A stretch of 64,000 nt of DNA from assembly GCA_028712475.1 (NCBI GenBank), contig JAQTQB010000010.1:50077-114076 (forward strand). Reading direction: 5' to 3'. Under the pieces are notes generated by a model, which was given only the letters and a program-made list of their open reading frames with translations, ran no database searches and was not told the origin of the DNA. How positions within the stretch are numbered: the stretch's first letter is position 1; each line of letters begins with the position of its first letter. Of the stretch, positions 36,544 to 45,428 are shown piece after piece. Source of the DNA: Verrucomicrobiales bacterium. Lineage in GTDB: Bacteria; Verrucomicrobiota; Verrucomicrobiia; Limisphaerales; UBA11358. Position numbers and translations under genes: made by a program.

Positions 36544-37191
36544 GTGAAAGAGAAATTGAATCGCTGGCTGCCGTGGGTTTTCGTGGTGCTGTTCGCAGTG
36601 TCGCGGATTCCCAACCTGCTGCCGTCGAATTTCAGCATGGCCTACGCGTTCGCGTTTTGTGCGGGCGTTTATTTTCCCAGAAAAAATTCATGGTGGCTGC
36701 CGCTGGCGGTATTGGTCGCGACCGACATCAGCTTGAATGTTTATTATGCGTCGCACGGCATTGAAGTTTGGGATTCGGCCAATCTGGCGAACCTGGCGTT
36801 CAACTACGCCGCCTACGCCGTCTTGATTTTAATTGGCCGCCGGTTCAAGCCGCAATCGTCCTTCGCCTCGCTGCTCGGCGGCGGAATTTTTGGCGCGATC
36901 TTGTTTTACCTCATCACGAACACAGCGTCGTGGTTCTTCAATCCGTTTCAAAATCCCGAATACACGAAAACCCTTTCCGGCTGGCTGCTCGCGCTGACCA
37001 AGGGCGTCGGCGGTTATCCTTCAACTTGGGAATTTTTCCGCAACACGCTTTTGAGCGGCGGCATCTTCACCGCGCTGTTCGTCGCGGCGGCAAAACTGAC
37101 CGCACCCGCCGAATCGCCGGCTGACAAAAAGGCCGGCGAGCGCGACGAGGAAGCCGAAACCGAAGAAAAACCGGGGGAGACCAGCGCATGA
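36544..37191 (+). CDS. Hypothetical polytopic membrane protein with an acidic C-terminal tail
   Basis: GTG at 36544, in frame within ORF 36370..37191 and chosen to avoid overlapping rluA. About 5-6 TM helices. The tail reads ..ERDEEAETEEKPGETSA. Confidence 0.5.
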   Translation: MKEKLNRWLPWVFVVLFAVSRIPNLLPSNFSMAYAFAFCAGVYFPRKNSWWLPLAVLVATDISLNVYYASHGIEVWDSANLANLAFNYAAYAVLILIGRRFKPQSSFASLLGGGIFGAILFYLITNTASWFFNPFQNPEYTKTLSGWLLALTKGVGGYPSTWEFFRNTLLSGGIFTALFVAAAKLTAPAESPADKKAGERDEEAETEEKPGETSA

Positions 37192-37649
37192 AAATCGGCG
37201 TCATCTCCGACACCCACGGGTTTTTAGACCCGCACGTTCAACAGATTTTCGCTGGCGTTGACCACATCCTCCACGCGGGCGACGTGGGCGATGCGTTCAT
37301 TGCGTTTGAACTCGAGCAAATCGCGCCGGTCACCGTCGTGCTGGGCAACACGGATCTGGGGCTGACGTTCAAGCTGACCGAGGTGGTTGAACTGGGCGCG
37401 CGGAAATTTCTCGTGCAGCACATCGTCCATCCGCCGGCACCCGACGACAAACTCAAAAGCCGGCTCGTGCGTGAACGACCGGACGTGGTCGTGTTCGGGC
37501 ACACGCACAAGCGGTTTGCCGAAACTCTGGGCGGGATTTTATTTTTCAATCCCGGCTATTCCGGCAAACCGAAGCCCGGCACGGAAAGGAGCCTGGCTAT
37601 TTTCCATTGCAAAGAAAAAGAGATCCGGCATGAATTTATTCCGCTGTGA
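37188..37649 (+). CDS. YfcE/MJ0936-type metallophosphoesterase
   Basis: ISDTHG, HAGD, GNTD and GHTH motifs in the canonical order. ATGA overlap with the upstream gene. Confidence 0.8.
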   Translation: MKIGVISDTHGFLDPHVQQIFAGVDHILHAGDVGDAFIAFELEQIAPVTVVLGNTDLGLTFKLTEVVELGARKFLVQHIVHPPAPDDKLKSRLVRERPDVVVFGHTHKRFAETLGGILFFNPGYSGKPKPGTERSLAIFHCKEKEIRHEFIPL

Positions 37650-37900
37650 ATTTGAACCACGGATGGACGCGGATGAAGCAGGAAAGTCGCGAAGCGACGC
37701 CGGAGATTAGCCCGGCACAAGGTGCCGGGTTTCCGACAAACACCGGAATCCGTCCCGACGGGACGGTGGAATCTGTCGTCCCTTCAGGACGAAATTTCTC
37801 TGGTTCATTGATACCAGACACTGTGTGTCTGGCTAATTTCCACCGTCGCTTTGCGACAAAAGACAGGGACTCCCTTGGCTGATCCAGCCACGAAAAAATC
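37650..37900. repeat. Repeat-rich spacer: a string of short hairpins related to the other intergenic repeat families
   Basis: CCACGGATGG/ACGCGGATGA decamers (37657-37676), followed by hairpins GTCGCGAAGCGAC, CCCGGCACAAGGTGCCGGG, GTCCCGACGGGAC, CCAGACACTGTGTGTCTGG and GTCGCTTTGCGAC. Confidence 0.5.
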
Positions 37901-37993
37901 GAGGAACTTTCCAAAACAGGCTCGACAATGATTTACGTCCGGCCCAGTCTCAAATGCGTGAACCATGATAGGCCACCCATACACATTGACTCT

Positions 37994-38506
37994 ATGACCA
38001 CTGGAATTCAGTTCTTGTCCTTCTTTATGATTCTCGCGCTCGTTCCTGGCTGCGTCACGTTACCACCGCCGAATGACCGTGCAGGCGCTTCCGCATATTC
38101 GGTAGGCGACCGAGCGCGCGTGACATTTGATGAAGTCGTGGTGTCGTTGCGGTTCCAAGGAGCAAATGCTCCGTATCAGAATTTACACGTTACACTCGCG
38201 GCATTCGTTAATCCGAAAAAAACGACTTATTCTAGTCCCTATCAGGCTGAAGATATTTTACGGCGCTTGGAAACTCGTGTGGCAGTGCGTCTTTCGGAGA
38301 TGTTGGGCGGCTTGGGCGAGCAGTCATTAGGGGATACCGAAGCTCTGCGTCGGAAAATTCTCGGTGAATCCCAAACCGTGGTTGATGATGCACTCCGTCA
38401 ATGGGAACACGGCTCTGATTATCACGTGGAGATTGTCATTGCGAGCCTCTACTGGACGGATGCATCTGTTGGCCGATCTCAACAACAGCGAGGATGGATG
38501 TGGTAA
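37994..38506 (+). CDS. Hypothetical lipoprotein
   Basis: Internal start MTTGIQFLSFFMILALVPGC gives a signal peptide plus a lipobox-like Cys. No confident family assignment. Confidence 0.45.
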   Translation: MTTGIQFLSFFMILALVPGCVTLPPPNDRAGASAYSVGDRARVTFDEVVVSLRFQGANAPYQNLHVTLAAFVNPKKTTYSSPYQAEDILRRLETRVAVRLSEMLGGLGEQSLGDTEALRRKILGESQTVVDDALRQWEHGSDYHVEIVIASLYWTDASVGRSQQQRGWMW

Positions 38507-38869
38507 TGCTGGCGTGGCCAAACGTGAGAATAGGCCCCAAAGCTTATTCCTGCTTTTTGGCTTAACATTTCTGTCAGTCCACGAGCCGTTCGCATTTCTT
38601 TTCATCCGCACGCGCGTGATGTTCAGACTCGTGAACGGGCCGAAGAGTGCCAGCGCAATCAGGATCGCGACCGGCCATTGGTGATGCCCGTGAAAATGGC
38701 CGGAGAAAAAAACGTCCGCCAGACGAGAAAACTAAAAAAGATTTTCCGACGGCATTTCTGACCAGCCTGAAGGATCAAAGCCTGATGATTCTTCTTGCTT
38801 CGTGACGCAACCGCTGCTTTTTTGAATTGCAAGGGATTTGCCGGTTGCGCGGGTTGACAGCAAAACAAC

Positions 38870-39274
38870 ATGAACAAAGTCAAAACCATTTTATATGTGG
38901 AAGACGATCTTGTCGTGCTGACGGCGCATCAGGCGCGCTTGAAGCAGTCGGGCTATCATGTCATCCCCGCCCGTGATGGTCTGGAGGCAATAAAACGTCT
39001 TTCAGTTTTCGTGCCCGACCTAGTGCTGCTCGACCTGGTGCTGCCAAAATTCAACGGCGAAGAAGTGCTTCAGTTCATCCGCAAGAACCCGCTTCTGGCA
39101 AAAGTTCCGGTGATCATCCTGTCCACCAACTCCATCTCGGACATGGCGCAGGAACACCTGCTGGAAAGCGCCAACAAACGTCTCATCAAAAGTCACTGCA
39201 CTGTGGGCGTCCTGCTGATGGCCATCAAAGAAGCGCTGGGCGGCGAAGTGGCAGAAAAAACCGGGCCCGTGTAG
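38870..39274 (+). CDS. Single-domain response regulator (CheY-like receiver)
   Basis: 134 aa. Contains EDD.., DLVLLDLVLPKFNG (phospho-acceptor Asp) and a conserved Lys region. Confidence 0.85.
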   Translation: MNKVKTILYVEDDLVVLTAHQARLKQSGYHVIPARDGLEAIKRLSVFVPDLVLLDLVLPKFNGEEVLQFIRKNPLLAKVPVIILSTNSISDMAQEHLLESANKRLIKSHCTVGVLLMAIKEALGGEVAEKTGPV

Positions 39275-39577
39275 GATTAAATTCCCGTTTCGTTTTCCCC
39301 GGGCGCTTCAGGATGATGCCAGCCGTGACCGGCACGGCACCGAGAAATGAAACGATGACCAGAAGCTGGCTGCCCATCCTCCTTGAGATTGAAGTGCGCG
39401 ATGGCCTTCTCGCGCTGCTCGGCGGTGATGAGTTCCGCAGAATGGATTATTTTGGATGTTCTCGTATTTCATGGTTTTCTTTTTTCGCCTTCATTTTCCG
39501 ATCCTATGAATACGGCCCGGCTGCCTGATTTCCGTCGTCCTTTCAACACGCAACCGGGCCGATGACTTTTCCTGCAT

Positions 39578-40738
39578 CTACTTGAGCAGGAATCGCGCGC
39601 TCAACGCCGCATGATCCGAAGCCCAGAGCGGCGGCTCCGCAAGGCCAGTGGCCTGGTCAATCACTTCCGCCTGCACCGGCACGATGCCTTTGCCGCGGTA
39701 GAAAGCAAAGTCAATACGCCGGTCGAAATCCATGCCTGGATCAGCCAGGAATTCGTCGTGGCCCCAGGTCAGCCCGTCCGCCGGCGTGGTTGGATTCAGC
39801 GTGGCCCAAGCGTCGCCGAAACCGGCGGCGGGAATGAAGTCGTAGGCATACGATCCATCGCGATGCAGCGGGTCGGCATTGAAATCACCGATCAAAATCA
39901 CCGGCAGTTTCGTATTCGCCGGACCCGCGAGCAACTCCTGCACTTGCGCCGCCTGAATGTCCGGCCAGATTTCTATTTCGGGATGGGCGCAGATGCAGCG
40001 GAAATTCCGCCCACGGATGAACACGTCCACCGAACACCAGCCTCGTTCCACTGACAAGCCGAGAGCAGGAATGGGAATCACATTCACGAAGTTTCCGCTT
40101 TGTGGATGCGACACTCGCAACTGGCCGGGCGGTAGATCGGTGCGGACCAGAATCGCCTCGCGGTCGGTCAAACGCACGTCGTCAAACATGCCCGTTTCCA
40201 TGTTCAACATCGGCAATTCGATGTCTATTTCGCTGCCGGTGGAAACCACTTTGTAGTGCGCGCCGCGCGCCTGCAAGTCCTGCACGAGCATCTGCAGATA
40301 GTCATACACAACGTCGGTGGCGGCATTGGTGCCGCCGAGCAAAAGATCGCCGGGCGACTGCACCCGGATCAGCGAAGCCTCCTCCACCGCAACGATGTCG
40401 GGCATCTTGGCGGCGATTTGATTCGCCACGGTTTGCAGGCGCACCGGCGGCGCCGACGCGACGATTTCATAATAAACCCCGGTCACGGCCCCCACCAGTT
40501 CTTCGACGTAATTGGTATCCGCCGGATTAATCCCCATGACGCGGCGGATGTCGCCACCGACATAGAGGTTGACCGTCATAACATCCACATCCCGCTTGCC
40601 ACCCACGCCGGCGCGCTCCGCCCAAGCGGGTGCGGCAAACGTCAGCACGGTGGCAATTAGCACCAGAAAAATTGCGAATTTTTCACAGCGCAAGCCGGAC
40701 ATTTTTGTTTTCGTCTCTATTATATCTATCTTTTTCAT
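39578..40738 (-). CDS. Secreted endonuclease/exonuclease/phosphatase (EEP) family hydrolase
   Basis: Start at the MKKIDII Met (or MSGLRCEKF at 40702) gives a signal-anchor FAIFLVLIATVLTFAAPAWA. EEP motifs are VMTVNLY, VAVEE, LIGDFNA and the C-terminal SDHAAL. Confidence 0.8.
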   Translation of the reverse strand: MKKIDIIETKTKMSGLRCEKFAIFLVLIATVLTFAAPAWAERAGVGGKRDVDVMTVNLYVGGDIRRVMGINPADTNYVEELVGAVTGVYYEIVASAPPVRLQTVANQIAAKMPDIVAVEEASLIRVQSPGDLLLGGTNAATDVVYDYLQMLVQDLQARGAHYKVVSTGSEIDIELPMLNMETGMFDDVRLTDREAILVRTDLPPGQLRVSHPQSGNFVNVIPIPALGLSVERGWCSVDVFIRGRNFRCICAHPEIEIWPDIQAAQVQELLAGPANTKLPVILIGDFNADPLHRDGSYAYDFIPAAGFGDAWATLNPTTPADGLTWGHDEFLADPGMDFDRRIDFAFYRGKGIVPVQAEVIDQATGLAEPPLWASDHAALSARFLLK

Positions 40739-40814
40739 ATGGTGACTCCTTATTGCGGCGGAATGGGTTGCCGCCAAGACCGGCCCCGCCGTCAGCCGGT
40801 TTGGCGGATGAAAG

Positions 40815-43800
40815 TCAAATCTCCCCGGTTTGCAAAACGGCTGTCTTCCCGGCCGCGTCAGCCGGAATGCATTCACCGGCATCGCTGAAAGGACATAATC
40901 CGTCTTTTGCCATGTCATTCGCAGCAAACGGTTGTTCATTGCGCTGCACATTCAGATCAAAATGCGCCGGAGGTTTCCTGGCCTTGAACCGTTCCTTGAC
41001 TTCAAAAGCAAAGTTGTCCAGCGCGGCGGAGTTGACGGCATCACCGTTGAAACCTAGCGTGAGGCAAAGGACGCCCTCGTGTTCGGCAACGTGGTGCCAC
41101 TGGGCCTCGGCAATCTTGGTGGGCATGCATTCGAGCGGGCCGACGCTAAGGACGGCGTCAATGTGGCCGTGGCGATATTCGTGCAGCGGCGTGCCGACGG
41201 TAAGCACGGCTTCACCCCAGAGTGCGGAGTGAACATAAGGTTCCGCCGCCGCAAAAGCCTCGGTCGTGGCCGGCAACGGCGACCAGCCCAGATGCGGGGC
41301 CATCGCGGCCAGGGCCGCCCCCTCAATGCGGCGCTGCACCCGATGACTAAACGCGTCCGACAACCGGTTGCGCCCCTCCGTCTGGCGCTGGACCTGCCCG
41401 CAATAATTGATCCATTCAGTTTTCGGCGCGAGATGGACCCGCAAACCGCGCGCCTCCAGTTTCTCGATCACCGAGTCGTTGGCGAACTCGACGCCGCGCA
41501 CGTAAATCTCACCCGTCAATTCCACGCACGGCAAATCCCCCGGCCCGCGCAGCCGGGCAAATTCCCGGGCGGCGCGTTCGAGCAGTGCGCGGAGGCCAAA
41601 CAGCCTGCCGCTGGCCACCTGCCACAGGGCCGGGCCGAGGGACAGGTTGCCGCGCGCCGCCGCCCCGACTTGCGCCAGCAATTCGCCGTGGGCGCGTTGA
41701 TAGAGTTTTTCCGTCTCGCCCGGAATCCGCTCCACCGGCCGGACATCGAACTTCGCCTGCAACAACAAATCGCACGCCGCCAGCGCGGCGAACACCAGCA
41801 TCTCGGTCCCCGGCGGCAGGTCGTCAAAATAACCCGTGTCCTTCGGCGAACAGATGCGCACCCGGTCGCGCCAGCCCAGCCGGTCGAGCACAATGTTGTT
41901 CAGCAGATTGTAAACGCCGAACCGGCAGGGCCCGTCGCTGCAGGGCATGAGCAGCACAAATTTCTCCTCCGCCGGCGCGCGTTCCAGGTGCTGAATCAGC
42001 GTGCCGAGCGTCAGGGGCATGGGCAGGCATTCCTTGCCCGACGTATGCCGCCGGCCCAGGCGCAGCGAGTCGGCGTCCGGGGCGGACAGGCTTTCGGCCT
42101 TGAATCCCAAGCCGCGAAAGACCGCCGTGACCGACTCGGAGGCGGGACCGATGTAGGGCACGAGCAATGTCTCGGATTTCCCGTTGCGTTGTTGTATATC
42201 CGAGAGCCGCAGGCCGCTGAACTGGACGCTTTGAAAATCATTCAGCGCGGCATCGTCCGGCTTGGCCCGCCGGTCTTCCTCAACGCAATGCAGGAACGCC
42301 TCCACGCGCGTCCGCGTTCCGGCATCGCCGGAATGCCCGTCGGTTTCGATCACAACAAAAGGTTTGCCGCCCATGGCATACGCGGCGAAATGCAGGTTGA
42401 AACTGTCCGGCCCGCAGGAATAGTTGCTGCAATAAAGCGCATAAACGCCCGGCATCCGGCGCACCTGATGCGCCGCCCGCAGGATCGTCTGGCCGTAGCC
42501 CCAAAACATGTCGTTGAACAACGGTGTCTCCGCCGCCAGCGGAAAGCAGTCCACCGGAATGCCAATGGCGCCCTGCTCGCGCAGAATCGCCGGCACGTTC
42601 GAGTTCAGCACCTTGTTGTAAATGGTGTAGTTGCGGCCGAGCACGACGACCGGCACAAGTTTTTGCGCGCGGCAAAATTCCAGCGCACGCCGGCCGCTCT
42701 CCTGACAGCCCGCGTCAAATTCCCGTTGCGCCGCCTGGCCAGCCGACCAGACGGCGCGGCCTTGTGGTTCCTCCAAACCCAGCTCCTTGGCCAATTGCGC
42801 ACAGCTTTTTAAAAACTCCTTTGACTCCAAGTTCCCCGGACCAAAATTTATGATCGGCGTGAGCATCCGGGGGACTCTGCCCTTTTCAGAAGCCAGTCCC
42901 TGCTCGACCACCTTCGGGGCGCCCTGGATAATCGGGCAGCCCACCGCGCAGCGCTGGCCCGTTTCACCCGGCAGGCTGCGGATCATTGGCACGAACATCC
43001 AGTCTGCACCGGACGCCGCAAGTCGCTGCGCGACGCCATGGAAAAGCTGCATCGGCGCACAGAATGGCGCGTTCGCCGACTGGATGCCGCGCTTGAGAAC
43101 ATCAGGCCCCGCACCGGTAACAATTTCCAGGTCAAATCCGGCCGCGTGAAAATAGGCGGCGAAAAACGGGAACAGTCCCTTGGCCATGAATTCATCGCTC
43201 ATGGCTATGCGCGGACCACCACGCGGAGCAACGAGCGGAGCCAGCAGTTTTTGAAGCCGTTCATCCCGTTCGCGGAACGGGTCGGGCGCGAGGTCTGGCA
43301 GTTTCTTTTTGCGGGTGCCCTTGTCATACAACGAACAGCCGCCACCCCATGTAAAATTGGAATGTTGATCGGCCACGAGCGTGCGCAACCTCTCGATGCG
43401 GCAATGGTTGCCCGCACCGCCACACCCCCGGTTCGAGCCGCAGACGAACGTGTCCTTCTGCTCCACTTTGGCGTCGAGGAATCGTGCGAGGTCCAGCGGC
43501 GCGAGCCGGGCGGCATCCAACTCGCGGGCGGCCAGCATGGCAATGCCCATCGCTCCGACCGTGCCCGGATTTGGGGGCACGATCACCTCGCTGCCGGTCT
43601 GCCGGGCCACCGCCGCCGCGAGCGCGGCGGCGGAAAATGGCATGCCCTGACAGAAAATAACCTTGCCGACGGAGCGGTTGCCCTTCACGCGGTTCAGGTA
43701 ATTCTTGATAATGGAATCGTAGAGGCCGGAAATGATGGCCGGCTGCCCGACGCCCGCGCCGACCGCCTCGTCAATCACCTCGGCCATGAACACAGAGCAA

Positions 43801-45326
43801 TGCTGGCCCAGCGAGACGCCCGAGGGCGCGGCCTGCGCCGCAAGGCCAAGCTGACAGACATCTTCAATGCCAGAAAACTTGCGGCCTTGTTCCTCGATGA
43901 ACGAACCCGTGCCGGCACTGCAAGCCTCGTTCATCGCGCAATCAATGATGCGCCCTTCGGCGAGCCGCGTGTATTTCGCGTCCTGACCGCCAATTTCAAA
44001 AATCGTGTCCACGCGCGGGTCATAATGCAGCGCGCCGGTGGCGTGGGCGACGATCTCGTTCACGATGAACACGGCGTCCTTGCCATAGCAGGATGTGAGC
44101 AGCGAACCGGAGACTTCGCGTCCGCTGCCGGTGGTGCCAAAGGCGACCACAGGATATTTCATTGCCGGATGCTCGGTGAACCGGCGTAGCAAATCTTGCG
44201 CGGCTCCAACGGGATCGCCAAGCGTCTGGCGATACGCCTCCCAGACCGTTTCCTGCGTTGTCAAATCAAGGGCCACAGCCTTTGATCCAGTCGAACCGAT
44301 GTCGAAGCCGATGACCAGACGGCGGAACACACCGTTCACCCTGGCCCATGGCTGTTTCGACATCCGGCGGACGCGGTGGAGTGAATCTGCCAGCGCGGGC
44401 AGGCGTTCCAGCTTCAATTCACGGGGCGGCAGCAGAAGTTTGTCCGGCACAGGCAGCGCGGTTGGATTCTCCGCCGCGATGATCGCGCAGCCGAGCGCTT
44501 CCATGCAAAGTAATTGCTCTTCATCCGCCGCCACCAAAGTCATTCCCTGCTTCGCGAGCAGTTCGCCAAAAATCCGGCGCACACGTGGCGACCGGCTCAC
44601 TCCGCCGGTCAGCAACACGCGCGACGGACTGACGCCGGGTTTGATGAGGACGGAGACATTTTCACAAACCGCGTCGAACAAACCGGCCAGGATCCGCTCG
44701 CGACTCTCGCCCTTGTTGGCAAGGTGCGTCATGTCCGTCTTGAGAATCACCGGACAGCGGCCAGACAGCGGCGCGGGATTGGGCACATCGGCGCACAAGA
44801 CGCTCGCCTCCTCGACCGTGAGCGAGAAACGCTCGACGAGTTGCCGGAGGAAATTGCCAGTGCCCTGCGAGCAGCGGCCGTTTTCGCGGAAAACGGTCAG
44901 CCCGTTGGCGCGCAGTTCCAGCACGGAAAAACCGTGGCTGCCGATGTTGACAATGGTGGCCGGTTTGTCGCCAAACAAAAACCGGTAGCCGCGCAGCAGC
45001 GCCTGCTTGGCCGGAACGCGCGGCAGATTGATTTGCGTGGAAAACCGGCCGGTCACGGCGGCGGCCTTGATTTCAGACCAGTTCCAGCGGGGCAACGATT
45101 CGAGCAGAGTCTGGCCGGGCTTTTTCCCGTGCCCGATGATTTCACGATGCCCCACCCGCAGGTTTCCTGCTCCGCGGATAAGCTCCACCACTTTGATGGT
45201 CTCCGTGCCGACATCGAGACCGAGGTAGCAAACGCCAGGGTCGGAAAGGTCAGGCGTGACAAAACCATCTGTCATGCAATTCAAACCTCCATAGGATGAC
45301 TTGATCATAACCTCCCCCTTTCCCAT
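40815..45326 (-). CDS. Giant fusion protein: two BcrA/BadF/HgdC-type activase ATPase modules plus 2-hydroxyacyl-CoA-dehydratase-like (DUF2229/HGD-D-like) modules. PlsA/PlsR- or Ger-like candidate.
   Basis: 1503 aa. ATPase module 1 has LGLDVGTETIKV and GRCSQGTGNFL. Module 2 has IGFDIGSTGSKAV, EIGGQDAK and EACSAGTGSFIE. The C-terminal two-thirds carry YCSNYSCGPDSF, MPCSDGPCRFGVY and GPLECMPTKI motifs. An alternative start is at 45308. Confidence 0.85.
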   Translation of the reverse strand: MGKGEVMIKSSYGGLNCMTDGFVTPDLSDPGVCYLGLDVGTETIKVVELIRGAGNLRVGHREIIGHGKKPGQTLLESLPRWNWSEIKAAAVTGRFSTQINLPRVPAKQALLRGYRFLFGDKPATIVNIGSHGFSVLELRANGLTVFRENGRCSQGTGNFLRQLVERFSLTVEEASVLCADVPNPAPLSGRCPVILKTDMTHLANKGESRERILAGLFDAVCENVSVLIKPGVSPSRVLLTGGVSRSPRVRRIFGELLAKQGMTLVAADEEQLLCMEALGCAIIAAENPTALPVPDKLLLPPRELKLERLPALADSLHRVRRMSKQPWARVNGVFRRLVIGFDIGSTGSKAVALDLTTQETVWEAYRQTLGDPVGAAQDLLRRFTEHPAMKYPVVAFGTTGSGREVSGSLLTSCYGKDAVFIVNEIVAHATGALHYDPRVDTIFEIGGQDAKYTRLAEGRIIDCAMNEACSAGTGSFIEEQGRKFSGIEDVCQLGLAAQAAPSGVSLGQHCSVFMAEVIDEAVGAGVGQPAIISGLYDSIIKNYLNRVKGNRSVGKVIFCQGMPFSAAALAAAVARQTGSEVIVPPNPGTVGAMGIAMLAARELDAARLAPLDLARFLDAKVEQKDTFVCGSNRGCGGAGNHCRIERLRTLVADQHSNFTWGGGCSLYDKGTRKKKLPDLAPDPFRERDERLQKLLAPLVAPRGGPRIAMSDEFMAKGLFPFFAAYFHAAGFDLEIVTGAGPDVLKRGIQSANAPFCAPMQLFHGVAQRLAASGADWMFVPMIRSLPGETGQRCAVGCPIIQGAPKVVEQGLASEKGRVPRMLTPIINFGPGNLESKEFLKSCAQLAKELGLEEPQGRAVWSAGQAAQREFDAGCQESGRRALEFCRAQKLVPVVVLGRNYTIYNKVLNSNVPAILREQGAIGIPVDCFPLAAETPLFNDMFWGYGQTILRAAHQVRRMPGVYALYCSNYSCGPDSFNLHFAAYAMGGKPFVVIETDGHSGDAGTRTRVEAFLHCVEEDRRAKPDDAALNDFQSVQFSGLRLSDIQQRNGKSETLLVPYIGPASESVTAVFRGLGFKAESLSAPDADSLRLGRRHTSGKECLPMPLTLGTLIQHLERAPAEEKFVLLMPCSDGPCRFGVYNLLNNIVLDRLGWRDRVRICSPKDTGYFDDLPPGTEMLVFAALAACDLLLQAKFDVRPVERIPGETEKLYQRAHGELLAQVGAAARGNLSLGPALWQVASGRLFGLRALLERAAREFARLRGPGDLPCVELTGEIYVRGVEFANDSVIEKLEARGLRVHLAPKTEWINYCGQVQRQTEGRNRLSDAFSHRVQRRIEGAALAAMAPHLGWSPLPATTEAFAAAEPYVHSALWGEAVLTVGTPLHEYRHGHIDAVLSVGPLECMPTKIAEAQWHHVAEHEGVLCLTLGFNGDAVNSAALDNFAFEVKERFKARKPPAHFDLNVQRNEQPFAANDMAKDGLCPFSDAGECIPADAAGKTAVLQTGEI

Positions 45327-45428
45327 TTAGTTCTAATTGTTTATCTATTTTTTACGGAGCCGTTGCTAACCATCTTTTGCTATTTTTAGACGTTTTTTTT
45401 GCCATTGTCCGCAGACCAACATGCTGTT

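Noticed and set aside
38507-38869. 363-nt spacer upstream of the CheY-like gene, inspected for riboswitch/tRNA/sRNA, together with minus-strand ORFs 38327..38611 and 38659..38889
   Set aside because: I recognised no conserved RNA motif. The ORFs overlap the lipoprotein or CheY-like genes and are compositionally implausible.
39275-39577. Small ORFs between the CheY-like gene and the EEP gene: 71-aa plus-strand ORF 39313..39528, a minus-strand protein-like stretch ..SAELITAEQREKAIAHFNLKEDGQ.. with no start codon, and a roughly 50-aa TM peptide MGSQLLVIVSFLGAVPVTAGIIL..
   Set aside because: None has a start codon in a convincing context. The minus-strand readings need a frameshift to join. This may be a decayed gene remnant, but I cannot support a call.
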